From the NCBI GenBank assembly GCA_949288625.1, contig CASEKZ010000091.1, positions 1 through 39,524 of the forward strand: 39,524 nucleotides of DNA, read 5' to 3'. How positions within the stretch are numbered: position 1 is the first letter of the stretch; each line of letters opens with the position of its first letter. Positions 11,611-20,546 of the stretch are shown here, one piece after another. The notes beneath the pieces are model-generated. The model did not search any database, was not told where the DNA came from, and saw only the letters and a program-made list of their open reading frames with translations. The DNA comes from an uncultured bacterium (GTDB taxonomy: Bacteria > Bacillota_I > Bacilli_A > RF39 > UBA660). The position numbers and the translations under genes were made by a program.

Positions 11611-11619
11611 TTGTTTTTT
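11591..11619. terminator. Palindromic, potentially bidirectional hairpin built from the overlapping 3' ends of ftsH and the PBP gene
   Basis: aaaaaacaacta / tagttgtttttt form a 12-bp stem with a 5-nt loop. The A-run on one side and T-run on the other give a U-tract in either orientation. It contains both stop codons. Confidence 0.45.
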
Positions 11620-13544
11620 CTTTTATAACCTGGTTCTGTGCCCTTGACGTAGTATAATATTTTTTTTAATTTTGATTCATTAGTTGCTATTTTACCAGTT
11701 TCGGCATCAGTTAAAACGCCTATTACGTTATCCGGCTTTTCATACCAACTTTGTTCTTTTTCTCTTAAATAGTTTTCAATTGCATCAGCCCATATGTTTT
11801 TGGCATATTTATATTCCGTGCTTGATAATTTTCGGTTGTCATCATATCCGGTCCATACTCCAACAACAATATCGGGATTATATCCTATGGTCCATAAATC
11901 ATAGTCGGTGGTACCGCTTTTAACGGCGTATTTTTTGGTTAGCCTTGGTGCAATTGAAGCACATGTAGGTGCGGTGTAACTAGTAAGGGTTGTATCATAC
12001 GTATTTGAAAGTAATTCACTTAAAATATAAGTATATGACTTATTTAATATTTGTTCTTTTTTTTCATTATACTTATAAATTACGTTTCCACTTCCGTCTT
12101 CTACTTTTTTTATTAAGTGAGCATTTACGCTGTAGCCAGTATTTGCAAGCGTTGCATAACTGGTTACAAATTCTTTTATGCTAAGTTCATTGGTACCGAG
12201 TGGTAATGATGCATTAGCTTCTAATTTGCTTTTTATCCCCATTTTTTTGGCGTATTTTACAAGGGTTTCTTCACCTAGAAAAAAATGTGTTTTAATGGCA
12301 TAAATGTTATCTGAATAGGCTATTGCAAGAGCCATTGTTATTTTATCATTAGGATATATATCAGCATAATTACTAGGTGAATAAGTAAGTCCATTACCAA
12401 GTGAAAAAGTTGTGGGCTTACTTAAAAACGTGGTTGCAGCGGTAAGTCCATTTTCTAAAGCAGCATAATATAAGATTGGTTTCATCGTTGATCCTACTTG
12501 CCTTTTTGATTGTATAGCTCTATTGTATTGTGACTTTGAGTAATCTTTTCCACCTGCTAAAGCAATTATTTCCCCGTTGTTTGGATCCATCATGATAGCA
12601 GATACTTGCATTTCATCTTTCTTTTCTAAGTTGTTTTTAATACTTTCTTCTAATTTGGTTTGTGCGTTTACGTCTAGGGATGTATAAATTTTTAATCCTT
12701 CTTGTCTAATTGAATCATCACTTACTATTTTAAGTGATTCTAACTCTCTTATTACGGCATCTTGATAATACATTATTGTTGATAAGTTAAGATTTTCTTT
12801 TTTTCCGTAATAAGTTAATTTTACGTTTAATACATCGTTCATTTCTTTTTGTGAAATTACGCCATTATTAACCATGGATTGTAAAATTTGTTTTTGTCTT
12901 TTTTTCGCGGCTTTTTCATCATTTAATGGCGAGTAATTATTAGGTGATTTAGGTATTCCTGCTAGCATTGAGCTTTCTGCTAGCGTTAAATCTTTTGCGG
13001 ATTTATTAAAATAGTATAATGCTGCATTTTCGATACCTAATATTCCATTACCATAATTTATGGTGTTTAAGTATCCTTCTAGTATTTCGTCTTTTGAGTA
13101 TTGGGTTTCTAATTTAAATGCATACCAAGCTTCTTTGATTTTACGCTCCCAAGTTTTATCAAACGTTAAAAATAAGTTTCTAGCATATTGTTGAGTAATG
13201 GTTGATGCTCCTTCTTTTAAATCTTTTGATTTAATGTTAACAAGCGTAGATTTAATAATTCTTGGAATGTCGAATCCATTATGTTCATAAAAGTTCTTGT
13301 CTTCTGAATATATCGTTGCATTTATTAAATGCTTAGATATATCTTTTAATTTAATCCATTTTTTAGTTCCGTTATTTCCTTCATAAAAAGTTTTGCCGTC
13401 TTTATCATACATGTATATGCTATTAGAGTTTTCAATATCTATTTGGCTTCCGTATTTAGCACATAAAAATAAAATTGTGTAAAAAACACAGAAGATAATC
13501 ATTAAGGCGATTGCTATTTTACATATTAAATATATTTTTTTCAT
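11607..13544 (-). CDS. Class A penicillin-binding protein (glycosyltransferase GT51 plus transpeptidase)
   Basis: N-terminal TM anchor. GT51 motifs EDKNFYEHNGFD, GASTITQQ and RKIKEAW. The transpeptidase SxxK motif is GSTMKP, and KSGTT is present near the C-terminus. Confidence 0.9.
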   Translation of the reverse strand: MKKIYLICKIAIALMIIFCVFYTILFLCAKYGSQIDIENSNSIYMYDKDGKTFYEGNNGTKKWIKLKDISKHLINATIYSEDKNFYEHNGFDIPRIIKSTLVNIKSKDLKEGASTITQQYARNLFLTFDKTWERKIKEAWYAFKLETQYSKDEILEGYLNTINYGNGILGIENAALYYFNKSAKDLTLAESSMLAGIPKSPNNYSPLNDEKAAKKRQKQILQSMVNNGVISQKEMNDVLNVKLTYYGKKENLNLSTIMYYQDAVIRELESLKIVSDDSIRQEGLKIYTSLDVNAQTKLEESIKNNLEKKDEMQVSAIMMDPNNGEIIALAGGKDYSKSQYNRAIQSKRQVGSTMKPILYYAALENGLTAATTFLSKPTTFSLGNGLTYSPSNYADIYPNDKITMALAIAYSDNIYAIKTHFFLGEETLVKYAKKMGIKSKLEANASLPLGTNELSIKEFVTSYATLANTGYSVNAHLIKKVEDGSGNVIYKYNEKKEQILNKSYTYILSELLSNTYDTTLTSYTAPTCASIAPRLTKKYAVKSGTTDYDLWTIGYNPDIVVGVWTGYDDNRKLSSTEYKYAKNIWADAIENYLREKEQSWYEKPDNVIGVLTDAETGKIATNESKLKKILYYVKGTEPGYKRKNN

Positions 13545-13602
13545 GATTCGCCTTCTTTCTAATTTTAGTATTTGTAAAAGTTGTTAAAATATAATTATTT
13601 TG

Positions 13603-13631
13603 TTGACCTTTTTTATTTTATATGCTATATT
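13603..13631 (+). promoter_or_regulatory. Putative promoter of the DUF1934-argS operon
   Basis: TTGACC (13603-13608), a 17-nt spacer, then an extended -10 TGcTATATT (13623-13631). Confidence 0.5.
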
Positions 13632-13661
13632 GTTGCTAGAAAAATTTTAAGGGTGTTTTTT

Positions 13662-14036
13662 ATGTCTAAAATTATCATTAATCATGAGGTAATATCAAGT
13701 GAGAATAAATCTTTATTAAATGAAGTAAATGCATTGAAAAAAGATGATGAAATAACTTATTTTGATAACGGTATTAAAATAAGTTTAAAACTAATAAAGA
13801 ATAAGATATTACTTACAAGAGAAAATGATAAGTTTAAAATAAACTTAGAATTTGAAGAAAATAAAAACTTGGTAACAAACTATGTTATTAAGGATATGGG
13901 AATAAGTGTAAAGCTTGAAACTAAAACTAAAAAAGTAATCATAAAAGATGAGAGTATTTATGTTTCTTATGACCTTTTTATGAATGATTCTTTTAGTGAT
14001 AGCTTTACTTATAAATTGGAATGGAGAGATTTATAA
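13662..14036 (+). CDS. DUF1934 (YwiB-like) small beta-barrel protein
   Basis: About 124 aa. I chose ATG 13662 after the RBS aaggg. Its stop overlaps the argS start (TAATG). The position directly upstream of argS matches the ywiB-argS pairing of Bacilli. The call rests mostly on size and context. Confidence 0.6.
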   Translation: MSKIIINHEVISSENKSLLNEVNALKKDDEITYFDNGIKISLKLIKNKILLTRENDKFKINLEFEENKNLVTNYVIKDMGISVKLETKTKKVIIKDESIYVSYDLFMNDSFSDSFTYKLEWRDL

Positions 14037-15664
14037 TGAATCTAAAGCATGATATAAAAGATTTGATTTACAACGTATTAAACGAGTTAGAAATATCATT
14101 TTATAAAGAAAACGTGGTTGTAGAAGTGCCTAAAAAAAGGGAAAATGGTGATTTCTCAAGTAACGTTGCGATGCAGCTTTCACGAGTTATAAAACGTAAT
14201 CCAAATTTAATTGCACAGGATATTAAAACTTGTTTGGAAAAAAATGATAACGTTTTAAAAGTTGAAGTGGCTGGACCAGGTTTTATTAATATTTTCTTAA
14301 AAGATAAATATGTTTTTAGTGGTATTGCAAATGTTATTACGAAAAAAGATGATTACGGAAAAGTTAATATTGGTAATGGTAAAAAAATTAATATTGAGTT
14401 TGTAAGTGCGAATCCTACCGGCATTTTACATTTGGGTACTGCTCGTGGTGCAGCTTACGGAATGAATTTATCAAACATTCTTTCCTTTGCGGGTTATAAC
14501 GTTACTAAAGAGTATTACGTAAACGATGCTGGTAATCAGATCAATAACCTTGGAGCATCTATTTTAGAAAGATATAAAGGGTTGTGTGGTATGGAAGAAA
14601 ACATGCCGGAAGATGGTTATTATGGGGATGAAATAATTGATGTTGCAAAAATAATTTACGAAAAATATAATGATAAGAAGTTAGAGGAAAGTTTGGAATA
14701 TTTTAAAATGGTTGGAGTAAATTATTTACTTAGCATAATTAAAACTGATTTAAATGATTTTGGGGTACATTTTGACGTTTGGACTAGTGAAAAAGACATT
14801 CGTAATAAAGGAAGGATACAAGAGTCTTTAAGAATACTAGATGAAAAGGGATTAATTTATAAAAAAGATGATGCTGTTTTCTTAAAAACTACCGAATATG
14901 GTGATGATAAAGACAGGGTATTAATAAAAAAAGATAAAAGTTATACTTATCTTGTCCCTGATATTGCTTATCACTTGGATAAGTTTGATAGGGGTTTTGA
15001 TGAGTTGATAGATGTTTTTGGAGCGGATCATCATGGATATGTTTCAAGGCTTAAAGCAAGTATTGAAGCATTGGGATATGATAAGAATAAGTTAGAGATA
15101 AGATTGCTTCAAATGGTTAAGCTTCTTCGTGATGGAAAAGTTGTTAAGATGAGCAAACGCACTGGAGGTAATGTTACCATTAGAGAATTAGTAGATGAGA
15201 TTGGTAAGGATGCTGCTAGGTATTTTTTTGCAATGAGGTCACTTGATGGACAAATGGACTTTGATATTAACTTAGCGCTTAAACAATCTAATGAAAACCC
15301 ACTATTTTACGTGGAGTATGCGCATGCTAGAATATGTTCAATCTTAAATGATGCAAAACAAAGAAAAGTACCAATTGCTACTAATGTATTAACAATAAAC
15401 GATGAGGATTCAAAGGCACTTGCTCTTAAAGTTTATGAGTTTACTGACGTAGTTGAGGTGGCTGCTATAAAAAAAGAGCCACACTTAATTACTAATTATG
15501 TGTATGAACTTGCGGGTTTGTTCCATAATTATTATGGTAAACATAGAATATTAACTGATGATATTAAAGATTCGTCAGAAAGATTAAGCTTAGTAAAAGC
15601 TGTTCAAATTACAATAAAGAACGCTTTAAGACTCATAGGTGTTAAAGCAATGGATAAAATGTAG
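14036..15664 (+). CDS. argS: Arginine--tRNA ligase
   Basis: The class I motifs are ANPTGILHLGTARG (HIGH region) and KMSKRTG (KMSKS region). The C-terminal anticodon-binding DALR-type region is present. The RBS ggagag lies before ATG 14036. Confidence 0.95.
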   Translation: MNLKHDIKDLIYNVLNELEISFYKENVVVEVPKKRENGDFSSNVAMQLSRVIKRNPNLIAQDIKTCLEKNDNVLKVEVAGPGFINIFLKDKYVFSGIANVITKKDDYGKVNIGNGKKINIEFVSANPTGILHLGTARGAAYGMNLSNILSFAGYNVTKEYYVNDAGNQINNLGASILERYKGLCGMEENMPEDGYYGDEIIDVAKIIYEKYNDKKLEESLEYFKMVGVNYLLSIIKTDLNDFGVHFDVWTSEKDIRNKGRIQESLRILDEKGLIYKKDDAVFLKTTEYGDDKDRVLIKKDKSYTYLVPDIAYHLDKFDRGFDELIDVFGADHHGYVSRLKASIEALGYDKNKLEIRLLQMVKLLRDGKVVKMSKRTGGNVTIRELVDEIGKDAARYFFAMRSLDGQMDFDINLALKQSNENPLFYVEYAHARICSILNDAKQRKVPIATNVLTINDEDSKALALKVYEFTDVVEVAAIKKEPHLITNYVYELAGLFHNYYGKHRILTDDIKDSSERLSLVKAVQITIKNALRLIGVKAMDKM

Positions 15665-15676
15665 GAGGAAATAATT

Positions 15677-16117
15677 ATGAACGTAAGAAAAATGCCTTTA
15701 GAGGAGTTAGAATTATTATCTTATGCGGATATTGCATATGAACTTTTAAAATTAGATAAAAAACCAATGACAACCCCAGTATTGTTTAAAGAGACTTGTG
15801 AGTTATTACAAATTGATGATGATACTATGTATGAACTTATTGGTGATTTTTATACTACTTTAACAACTGATAAGAGATTTGTTCTTTTAGATAACGCCGA
15901 GTGGGATTTAAGAGAGTTTCACGTGATAAAACCAATCGTGGATGATGATGACGATGAGGATGAAGAAACGATTGATGAAGATGAAAAAGACGAAGAAGAA
16001 TTAGAGGAAACAGAAGATGAAGTGGTTGCTGATGATTCGGAAGATTTTGATGATACAAGTGAAATGGATGACTTAGGTGATTTAGCAATCGTAGATGAAG
16101 AAGAATTAGAGGAATAA
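15677..16117 (+). CDS. rpoE: RNA polymerase delta subunit
   Basis: The N-terminal HARE-HTH-like domain (LSYADIAYELLK...FYTTLTTDKRFVLL..WDLRE) is followed by a long Asp/Glu tail, the hallmark of Firmicute RpoE. Confidence 0.9.
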   Translation: MNVRKMPLEELELLSYADIAYELLKLDKKPMTTPVLFKETCELLQIDDDTMYELIGDFYTTLTTDKRFVLLDNAEWDLREFHVIKPIVDDDDDEDEETIDEDEKDEEELEETEDEVVADDSEDFDDTSEMDDLGDLAIVDEEELEE

Positions 16118-16118
16118 C

Positions 16119-17174
16119 ATGTTTGAACGACTAGAAGCTATAAAAGCAAGAAATGATTTTATAACTAAAGAATTAACTAAACCTGAGGTTATAAGTGACG
16201 TTGCTAAAACCACAAAATTATCTAAGGAACAAGCTGATTTATCAGAAATAATAGATTGTTATAATGAGTATTTAAAGGCGAAAAGTGATTATGAAGAAGC
16301 AAAGGAGCTAGCTAATGACCCAGAATTAGGTGACTTAGCAAGGCAAGAAGAAGAAAATGAATTGGCAAAGCAAAAGGAACTTGAAAAGAAGTTAGAGATC
16401 TTATTATTGCCAAAAGATCCTAATGATGGAAAAAACATAATTGTTGAGATAAGGGGAGCTGCCGGAGGAGATGAAGCAAATATTTTTGCTGGTGATTTAT
16501 ATAGCATGTATGTAAAATATGCTGAAAACCAAGGCTTTATGGTGGAAAACTTAGGAAGCACACCAGGAGCATCTGGTGGGTATTCTGAAATATCTTTTAT
16601 GGTAAAGGGTAAAAACGTATATTCAAAATTAAAGTATGAATCAGGTGCACATCGTGTTCAACGGGTACCAGCAACGGAATCACAAGGAAGAGTGCATACT
16701 TCAACTGCAACCGTACTTGTTATGCCAGAGGTTGACGATGTTGATTTTGATTTGGATATGAATGATGTTAGAATAGATATTACAAGGGCCTCTGGTAATG
16801 GCGGGCAGGGTGTTAACACAACTGATTCTGCCGTTAGACTTACTCATATTCCAACTGGAATAGTTGTTTATTCACAAACCGAAAGAAGTCAAATAAAAAA
16901 TAAAGAGAAGGGACTTAAAATTTTAAAATCAAGGATTTATGATTTGAAAATGAGGGAGCAAGAAAAAGAAATTGGAGCAGAAAGAAGAAGTAAAATTGGT
17001 ACCGGAGATCGCTCTGAAAAAATAAGAACGTATAACTACCCGCAAAACAGGGTAACGGATCATCGAATTGGTTATACTACTAATTCTTTGGATAGGGTTA
17101 TGAATGGTAAACTAGATGACATAATTGAAGCTTTAATAACCGAGGATCAAAGAAGAAAGTTGGCGGGAGAATAA
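16119..17174 (+). CDS. prfA: Peptide chain release factor 1
   Basis: The RF1-type PAT tripeptide is present (RVPATESQGRVHTS), as is the GGQ motif (SGNGGQGVNTTDSAVRLTH). It starts 1 nt after the rpoE stop. Confidence 0.95.
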   Translation: MFERLEAIKARNDFITKELTKPEVISDVAKTTKLSKEQADLSEIIDCYNEYLKAKSDYEEAKELANDPELGDLARQEEENELAKQKELEKKLEILLLPKDPNDGKNIIVEIRGAAGGDEANIFAGDLYSMYVKYAENQGFMVENLGSTPGASGGYSEISFMVKGKNVYSKLKYESGAHRVQRVPATESQGRVHTSTATVLVMPEVDDVDFDLDMNDVRIDITRASGNGGQGVNTTDSAVRLTHIPTGIVVYSQTERSQIKNKEKGLKILKSRIYDLKMREQEKEIGAERRSKIGTGDRSEKIRTYNYPQNRVTDHRIGYTTNSLDRVMNGKLDDIIEALITEDQRRKLAGE

Positions 17175-17214
17175 TTTTTCTGCCGTTTTTGCTTTTATAG
17201 TAAAGGAATATAAC

Positions 17215-17931
17215 ATGAGAAAAGAAATAGAATATTTAAAAAAATATTATAATGGTAATTTAAGTGATGCGATAAAAAGATTAGAACGTGGTGAAGCGGT
17301 TCAATATATTGTTGGTAACGTTGATTTTTATGGTTATGAGTTAGTGGTTAATAAAAACGTTTTAATACCAAGGCGTGAAACAGAAGAGCTAGTAGAAGAA
17401 GTAATAAGGCGAAGTAAACGTTTTTTAAACCCTATCATAATAGATGTTGGAACGGGCTCTGGAGCCATTGCAATTAGTTTATCAAAAGAGCTAGGTATAA
17501 GTGTATACGCATCGGATATTAGTAAAAAGGCTTTAGAAGTGGCTTTAAAAAACGCAACTAAAATAAATGCTGACGTAGTTTTTTTTAAGGGTGACATGCT
17601 AAAACCTTATATAAATAAAAAAATAAAAGTAGACATAATTGTAAGTAATCCACCATATATAAAAGAATATGAGGAAATTGAGGACGTTGTTAAAAATAAT
17701 GAGCCAAAAATAGCTTTGTATGCAAAGAATGATGGACTTGAATATTATGAAAATATTTTAAAAAACGCTAAATATGTATTAAATGATGAGTTTTTAATTG
17801 CTTTTGAAATAGGATCGGATCAAAGTGAAGATGTCAAAGCTTTAGCCATAAAGTATTTAGAAAATGTAAAAGTCGAAACTAAAAAGGATTTGTCTGGTAA
17901 AAACAGGTTTGTTTTTGTATATAATTATTAA
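17215..17931 (+). CDS. prmC: Release-factor glutamine N5-methyltransferase, with a short N-terminal domain
   Basis: SAM-binding motif IIDVGTGSGAIA, catalytic NPPY (VSNPPYI), and a position immediately downstream of prfA. Confidence 0.85.
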   Translation: MRKEIEYLKKYYNGNLSDAIKRLERGEAVQYIVGNVDFYGYELVVNKNVLIPRRETEELVEEVIRRSKRFLNPIIIDVGTGSGAIAISLSKELGISVYASDISKKALEVALKNATKINADVVFFKGDMLKPYINKKIKVDIIVSNPPYIKEYEEIEDVVKNNEPKIALYAKNDGLEYYENILKNAKYVLNDEFLIAFEIGSDQSEDVKALAIKYLENVKVETKKDLSGKNRFVFVYNY

Positions 17932-17966
17932 ATATCACTCACTAAATAATAGAGGGTGATTTTTAT

Positions 17967-18503
17967 ATGAAAAAAACTAAAATTATTATTGTTATACTTG
18001 CGTTATTAAGTGTGGTATTTACATATGGAAATTATAAAAGCCAAGAAGATGTAAAAATACCAGATTCAGCTATAAGGTTTCGGGTACTTGCAAATAGTAA
18101 TTCACCTCGGGATCAAAAAATAAAACAAGATATTGCAAACAAGATGCAAAATGAGTTATATATGCTTTTAAAAAGTTCAAGGAATATTAATGAGGCTCGC
18201 GGGCTTATTACCGATAACATGGATAATTTTAATAATCTTTTAAAAGAGGAAACAAAAGATTTAAAATACTCTTACACCATAGATTATGGATTGCATGAGT
18301 TTCCTGAAAAAACTTATAAGGGTGTTACGTATGATGCTGGATATTATGAGTCTTTACTAGTAACTTTAGGAGAAGGTAAGGGGGATAATTGGTGGTGCGT
18401 TTTGTTTCCGCCACTATGCTTATTAGAAGCAGAAGAAAAAGCAAATTCAGATGAAGTAGAATATAAATCTTTTATAAAAGAGATAATAGAAAAATATTTT
18501 TAA
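17967..18503 (+). CDS. spoIIR: Stage II sporulation protein R family (SpoIIR)
   Basis: It has a signal/anchor helix, AIRFRVLANSNSPRDQKIKQ, and the diagnostic GDNWWCVLFPPLCL motif. It is collinear with B. subtilis SpoIIR as I recall it. Confidence 0.85.
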   Translation: MKKTKIIIVILALLSVVFTYGNYKSQEDVKIPDSAIRFRVLANSNSPRDQKIKQDIANKMQNELYMLLKSSRNINEARGLITDNMDNFNNLLKEETKDLKYSYTIDYGLHEFPEKTYKGVTYDAGYYESLLVTLGEGKGDNWWCVLFPPLCLLEAEEKANSDEVEYKSFIKEIIEKYF

Positions 18504-18541
18504 AGTTAATGTAATAATATAATGTAGGAAGGTGATAACTC

Positions 18542-19069
18542 ATCATAAGCATTATATTAATTGCGGTAAGTCTTAGCATGGATGCCTTTTCTCTTTCTTT
18601 AACGTATGGCATAAATAATACAAAATTTAAAACTATTATAATTACTGCATCAATGGTTGGTTTATTTCATTTTTTTATGCCTTTAATAGGAAATTTTGTA
18701 GGCATTCCGTTATTTGAATACACGATTATTAAACCAAAATATGTTTTGTTTTTTGTGTTTTTATTATTATCTATTGATATGTTTATTCATTTTTTTGAAG
18801 AAAAGCCAAAAATAAGGGTTTTAAACGTAATTGGTACTTTATTTTTTGCTGTGTCAGTAAGCTTTGATAGTTTTTCGGTAGGATTAGGGCTTAGGTATAT
18901 TTATGATAATATTTTAGTTGCCTTATTTATTTTTTGTATTATAAGTGCTATTTTTACATGTATGGGTTTTTGGCTTGGTAAAAAGTTATCAGAGAAAATA
19001 GGAAAGTATTCTTTCTTGGTGGGTAGTGTTGTCTTATTTCTTTATTCAATATGGATATTGACAAAATAA
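18542..19069 (+). CDS. mntP: Manganese efflux pump MntP family. The start is uncertain: the first ATG is 18578, but conserved TM1 sequence is encoded upstream of it.
   Basis: It has the SMDAFSLSL and SFDSFSVGLGL repeats typical of MntP/DUF204 and about 6 TM helices. In-frame codons 18539-18577 encode LIISIILIAVSLS, which matches the family N-terminus. The RBS ggaaggtga is at 18527-18535. Confidence 0.8.
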   Translation: MISIILIAVSLSMDAFSLSLTYGINNTKFKTIIITASMVGLFHFFMPLIGNFVGIPLFEYTIIKPKYVLFFVFLLLSIDMFIHFFEEKPKIRVLNVIGTLFFAVSVSFDSFSVGLGLRYIYDNILVALFIFCIISAIFTCMGFWLGKKLSEKIGKYSFLVGSVVLFLYSIWILTK

Positions 19070-19118
19070 AAAAATAGTGTTAACATATATGGCATTCAAT
19101 CAAAAGGGGGAATTTTGA

Positions 19119-20534
19119 ATGGAACATAAAAATATATATGAACAACCAGATAAGAAAAGAAAGCAAAAAGCTGCTATTTGTACTTCTCTTATACTTGCTG
19201 GGGCATTACTTATTGGTGGAACTAAAATTATGTCTGGTTTCAAACCTAAAAATAAGGTTGAAATTAGTACTGAAGTTACTTCCACAATGATTTCAAATGA
19301 AGAGTATAATTTGTTATTAACAGAGGATTTTGATATTAATAATGAAGATGAAGTAAGTAAAAGAGCACAAGCTATATATGATATTTCCGAAAAGAAATAT
19401 ACCGTTTTGGATATTAAAAATTCGATTTATATGGTAAATGAATTATATGATAAAGTTGTTTATCCGGATAACGTAAAAACTGATGATCAAAAATTAGAGT
19501 ATGTCCAAAGTCTTGTTAAGTTACTTGCAATTACGTTAGATGATTACTTGTCAGATTATTCGGTAATGATGGATTACGTAGTAAACGATGGTGTATCTGA
19601 TATTGAGTTTACTGGTAATACTGGTGCTATTCCTTATGCATATATGTGGATGCCACAAACTAACGAGGCTAAGAAATTAGCGATAGAAATCGCAAGAGTT
19701 TGTGAAGAACAACGTTTAAATATTATAAATAAAGATGTTTCTTCAATGCGTGAGGCTGCTGATTATTTTTATAATTTGTTTTTGAAAATTAAAGAAACAA
19801 AAGCTTCGTATGGACAGCAAGTTCTTTTATACAACGAAATAGGTGCAAAACAATTACTTTTTGTTTCGGTGTTAGATAAGGATTTGTCAAGTGATTTTGC
19901 ACAAGTGCCATCTTATATTACGCAGCAAGTAAACAACATATATAGTGCTATTGGTGCGAGCGAAGGATGGGTTTTATCAAGCACATATGAAGATGCTTTA
20001 AAGGAAGGAACTTTCGGTAAGGATATAAGTAAAGAAATAGAAAGCTATAGAGCGCAAGATGTTGCTTCGGCTAATGAGCGAGTAGAAGAGTTAAATAACA
20101 GAATCGAAAAAGAATCAAGTGTTGTTAATCAAGGTGGAAAACCAGCGGGGGATTCACATGATAAGCAAGAGGTAATAGATGATGTTGTTACAACACGTGT
20201 TAGCGAAAGTGAATTTATTGTTTCTATTCCAAACGAAGGAACTTATGAAGAAGTGGTTACTGGTGGTAACGTGGTAGAAGAAAACACGGTAAAAGAGCCT
20301 TCAACCATTAAGCAAGAAGAAACCACGACTTACGTTGATGCTAACGAGGACATTCCAGTTATGGATGATAAAGAGTTTTTTGGTTTAGCAACTGAAGAAG
20401 ATATAGAAGATTATCATAATGCACCTTTTGAAAAATCAGCTTACGCAACTGGTATAGGTATCGCTTTAGCGGGGGTTTTAGGAAGGCTTAAAATAGTTTC
20501 AGAAGATAAAACTAAGAAAAAAAGAAAAAAATAA
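19119..20534 (+). CDS. Hypothetical membrane-anchored protein (471 aa) with an N-terminal TM, a C-terminal TM and a polybasic tail
   Basis: The RBS aaaggggg precedes the ATG. The N-terminal anchor is AAICTSLILAGALLIGG. There is a central helical domain, an acidic Glu/Val/Thr-rich linker, and a C-terminal AYATGIGIALAGVLGRL followed by KTKKKRKK. I recognise no family. Confidence 0.6.
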   Translation: MEHKNIYEQPDKKRKQKAAICTSLILAGALLIGGTKIMSGFKPKNKVEISTEVTSTMISNEEYNLLLTEDFDINNEDEVSKRAQAIYDISEKKYTVLDIKNSIYMVNELYDKVVYPDNVKTDDQKLEYVQSLVKLLAITLDDYLSDYSVMMDYVVNDGVSDIEFTGNTGAIPYAYMWMPQTNEAKKLAIEIARVCEEQRLNIINKDVSSMREAADYFYNLFLKIKETKASYGQQVLLYNEIGAKQLLFVSVLDKDLSSDFAQVPSYITQQVNNIYSAIGASEGWVLSSTYEDALKEGTFGKDISKEIESYRAQDVASANERVEELNNRIEKESSVVNQGGKPAGDSHDKQEVIDDVVTTRVSESEFIVSIPNEGTYEEVVTGGNVVEENTVKEPSTIKQEETTTYVDANEDIPVMDDKEFFGLATEEDIEDYHNAPFEKSAYATGIGIALAGVLGRLKIVSEDKTKKKRKK

Positions 20535-20546
20535 GTAAAGTTTGTT

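Noticed and set aside
13545-13661. A possible T-box or other riboswitch leader upstream of DUF1934-argS.
   Set aside because: Only about 30 nt lie between the predicted -10 element and the start codon. There is no specifier or antiterminator-sized structure and no T-box consensus. The region is explained by divergent promoters.
17215-17931. The short PrmC (238 aa, reduced N-terminal domain) and the slightly short enolase (about 409 aa, C-terminus ending at EEELGN), considered as possible truncations or pseudogenes.
   Set aside because: Both retain all catalytic motifs: NPPY and the SAM site in PrmC, and SHRSGETED plus the metal ligand regions in enolase. Both have intact frames with normal stops. 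This is more consistent with genome streamlining than with decay.
18504-18541. A yybP-ykoY manganese riboswitch in front of mntP.
   Set aside because: The gap from the spoIIR stop to mntP is only about 35 nt, which is far too short for the four-helix riboswitch.
20440-20534. The C-terminal hydrophobic helix and KKKRKK tail of the 471-aa protein, considered as a sortase (LPXTG) sorting signal.
   Set aside because: No LPXTG, NPQTN or similar motif precedes the helix; the sequence there is NAPFEKSAYATG. I therefore treat it only as a second TM anchor.
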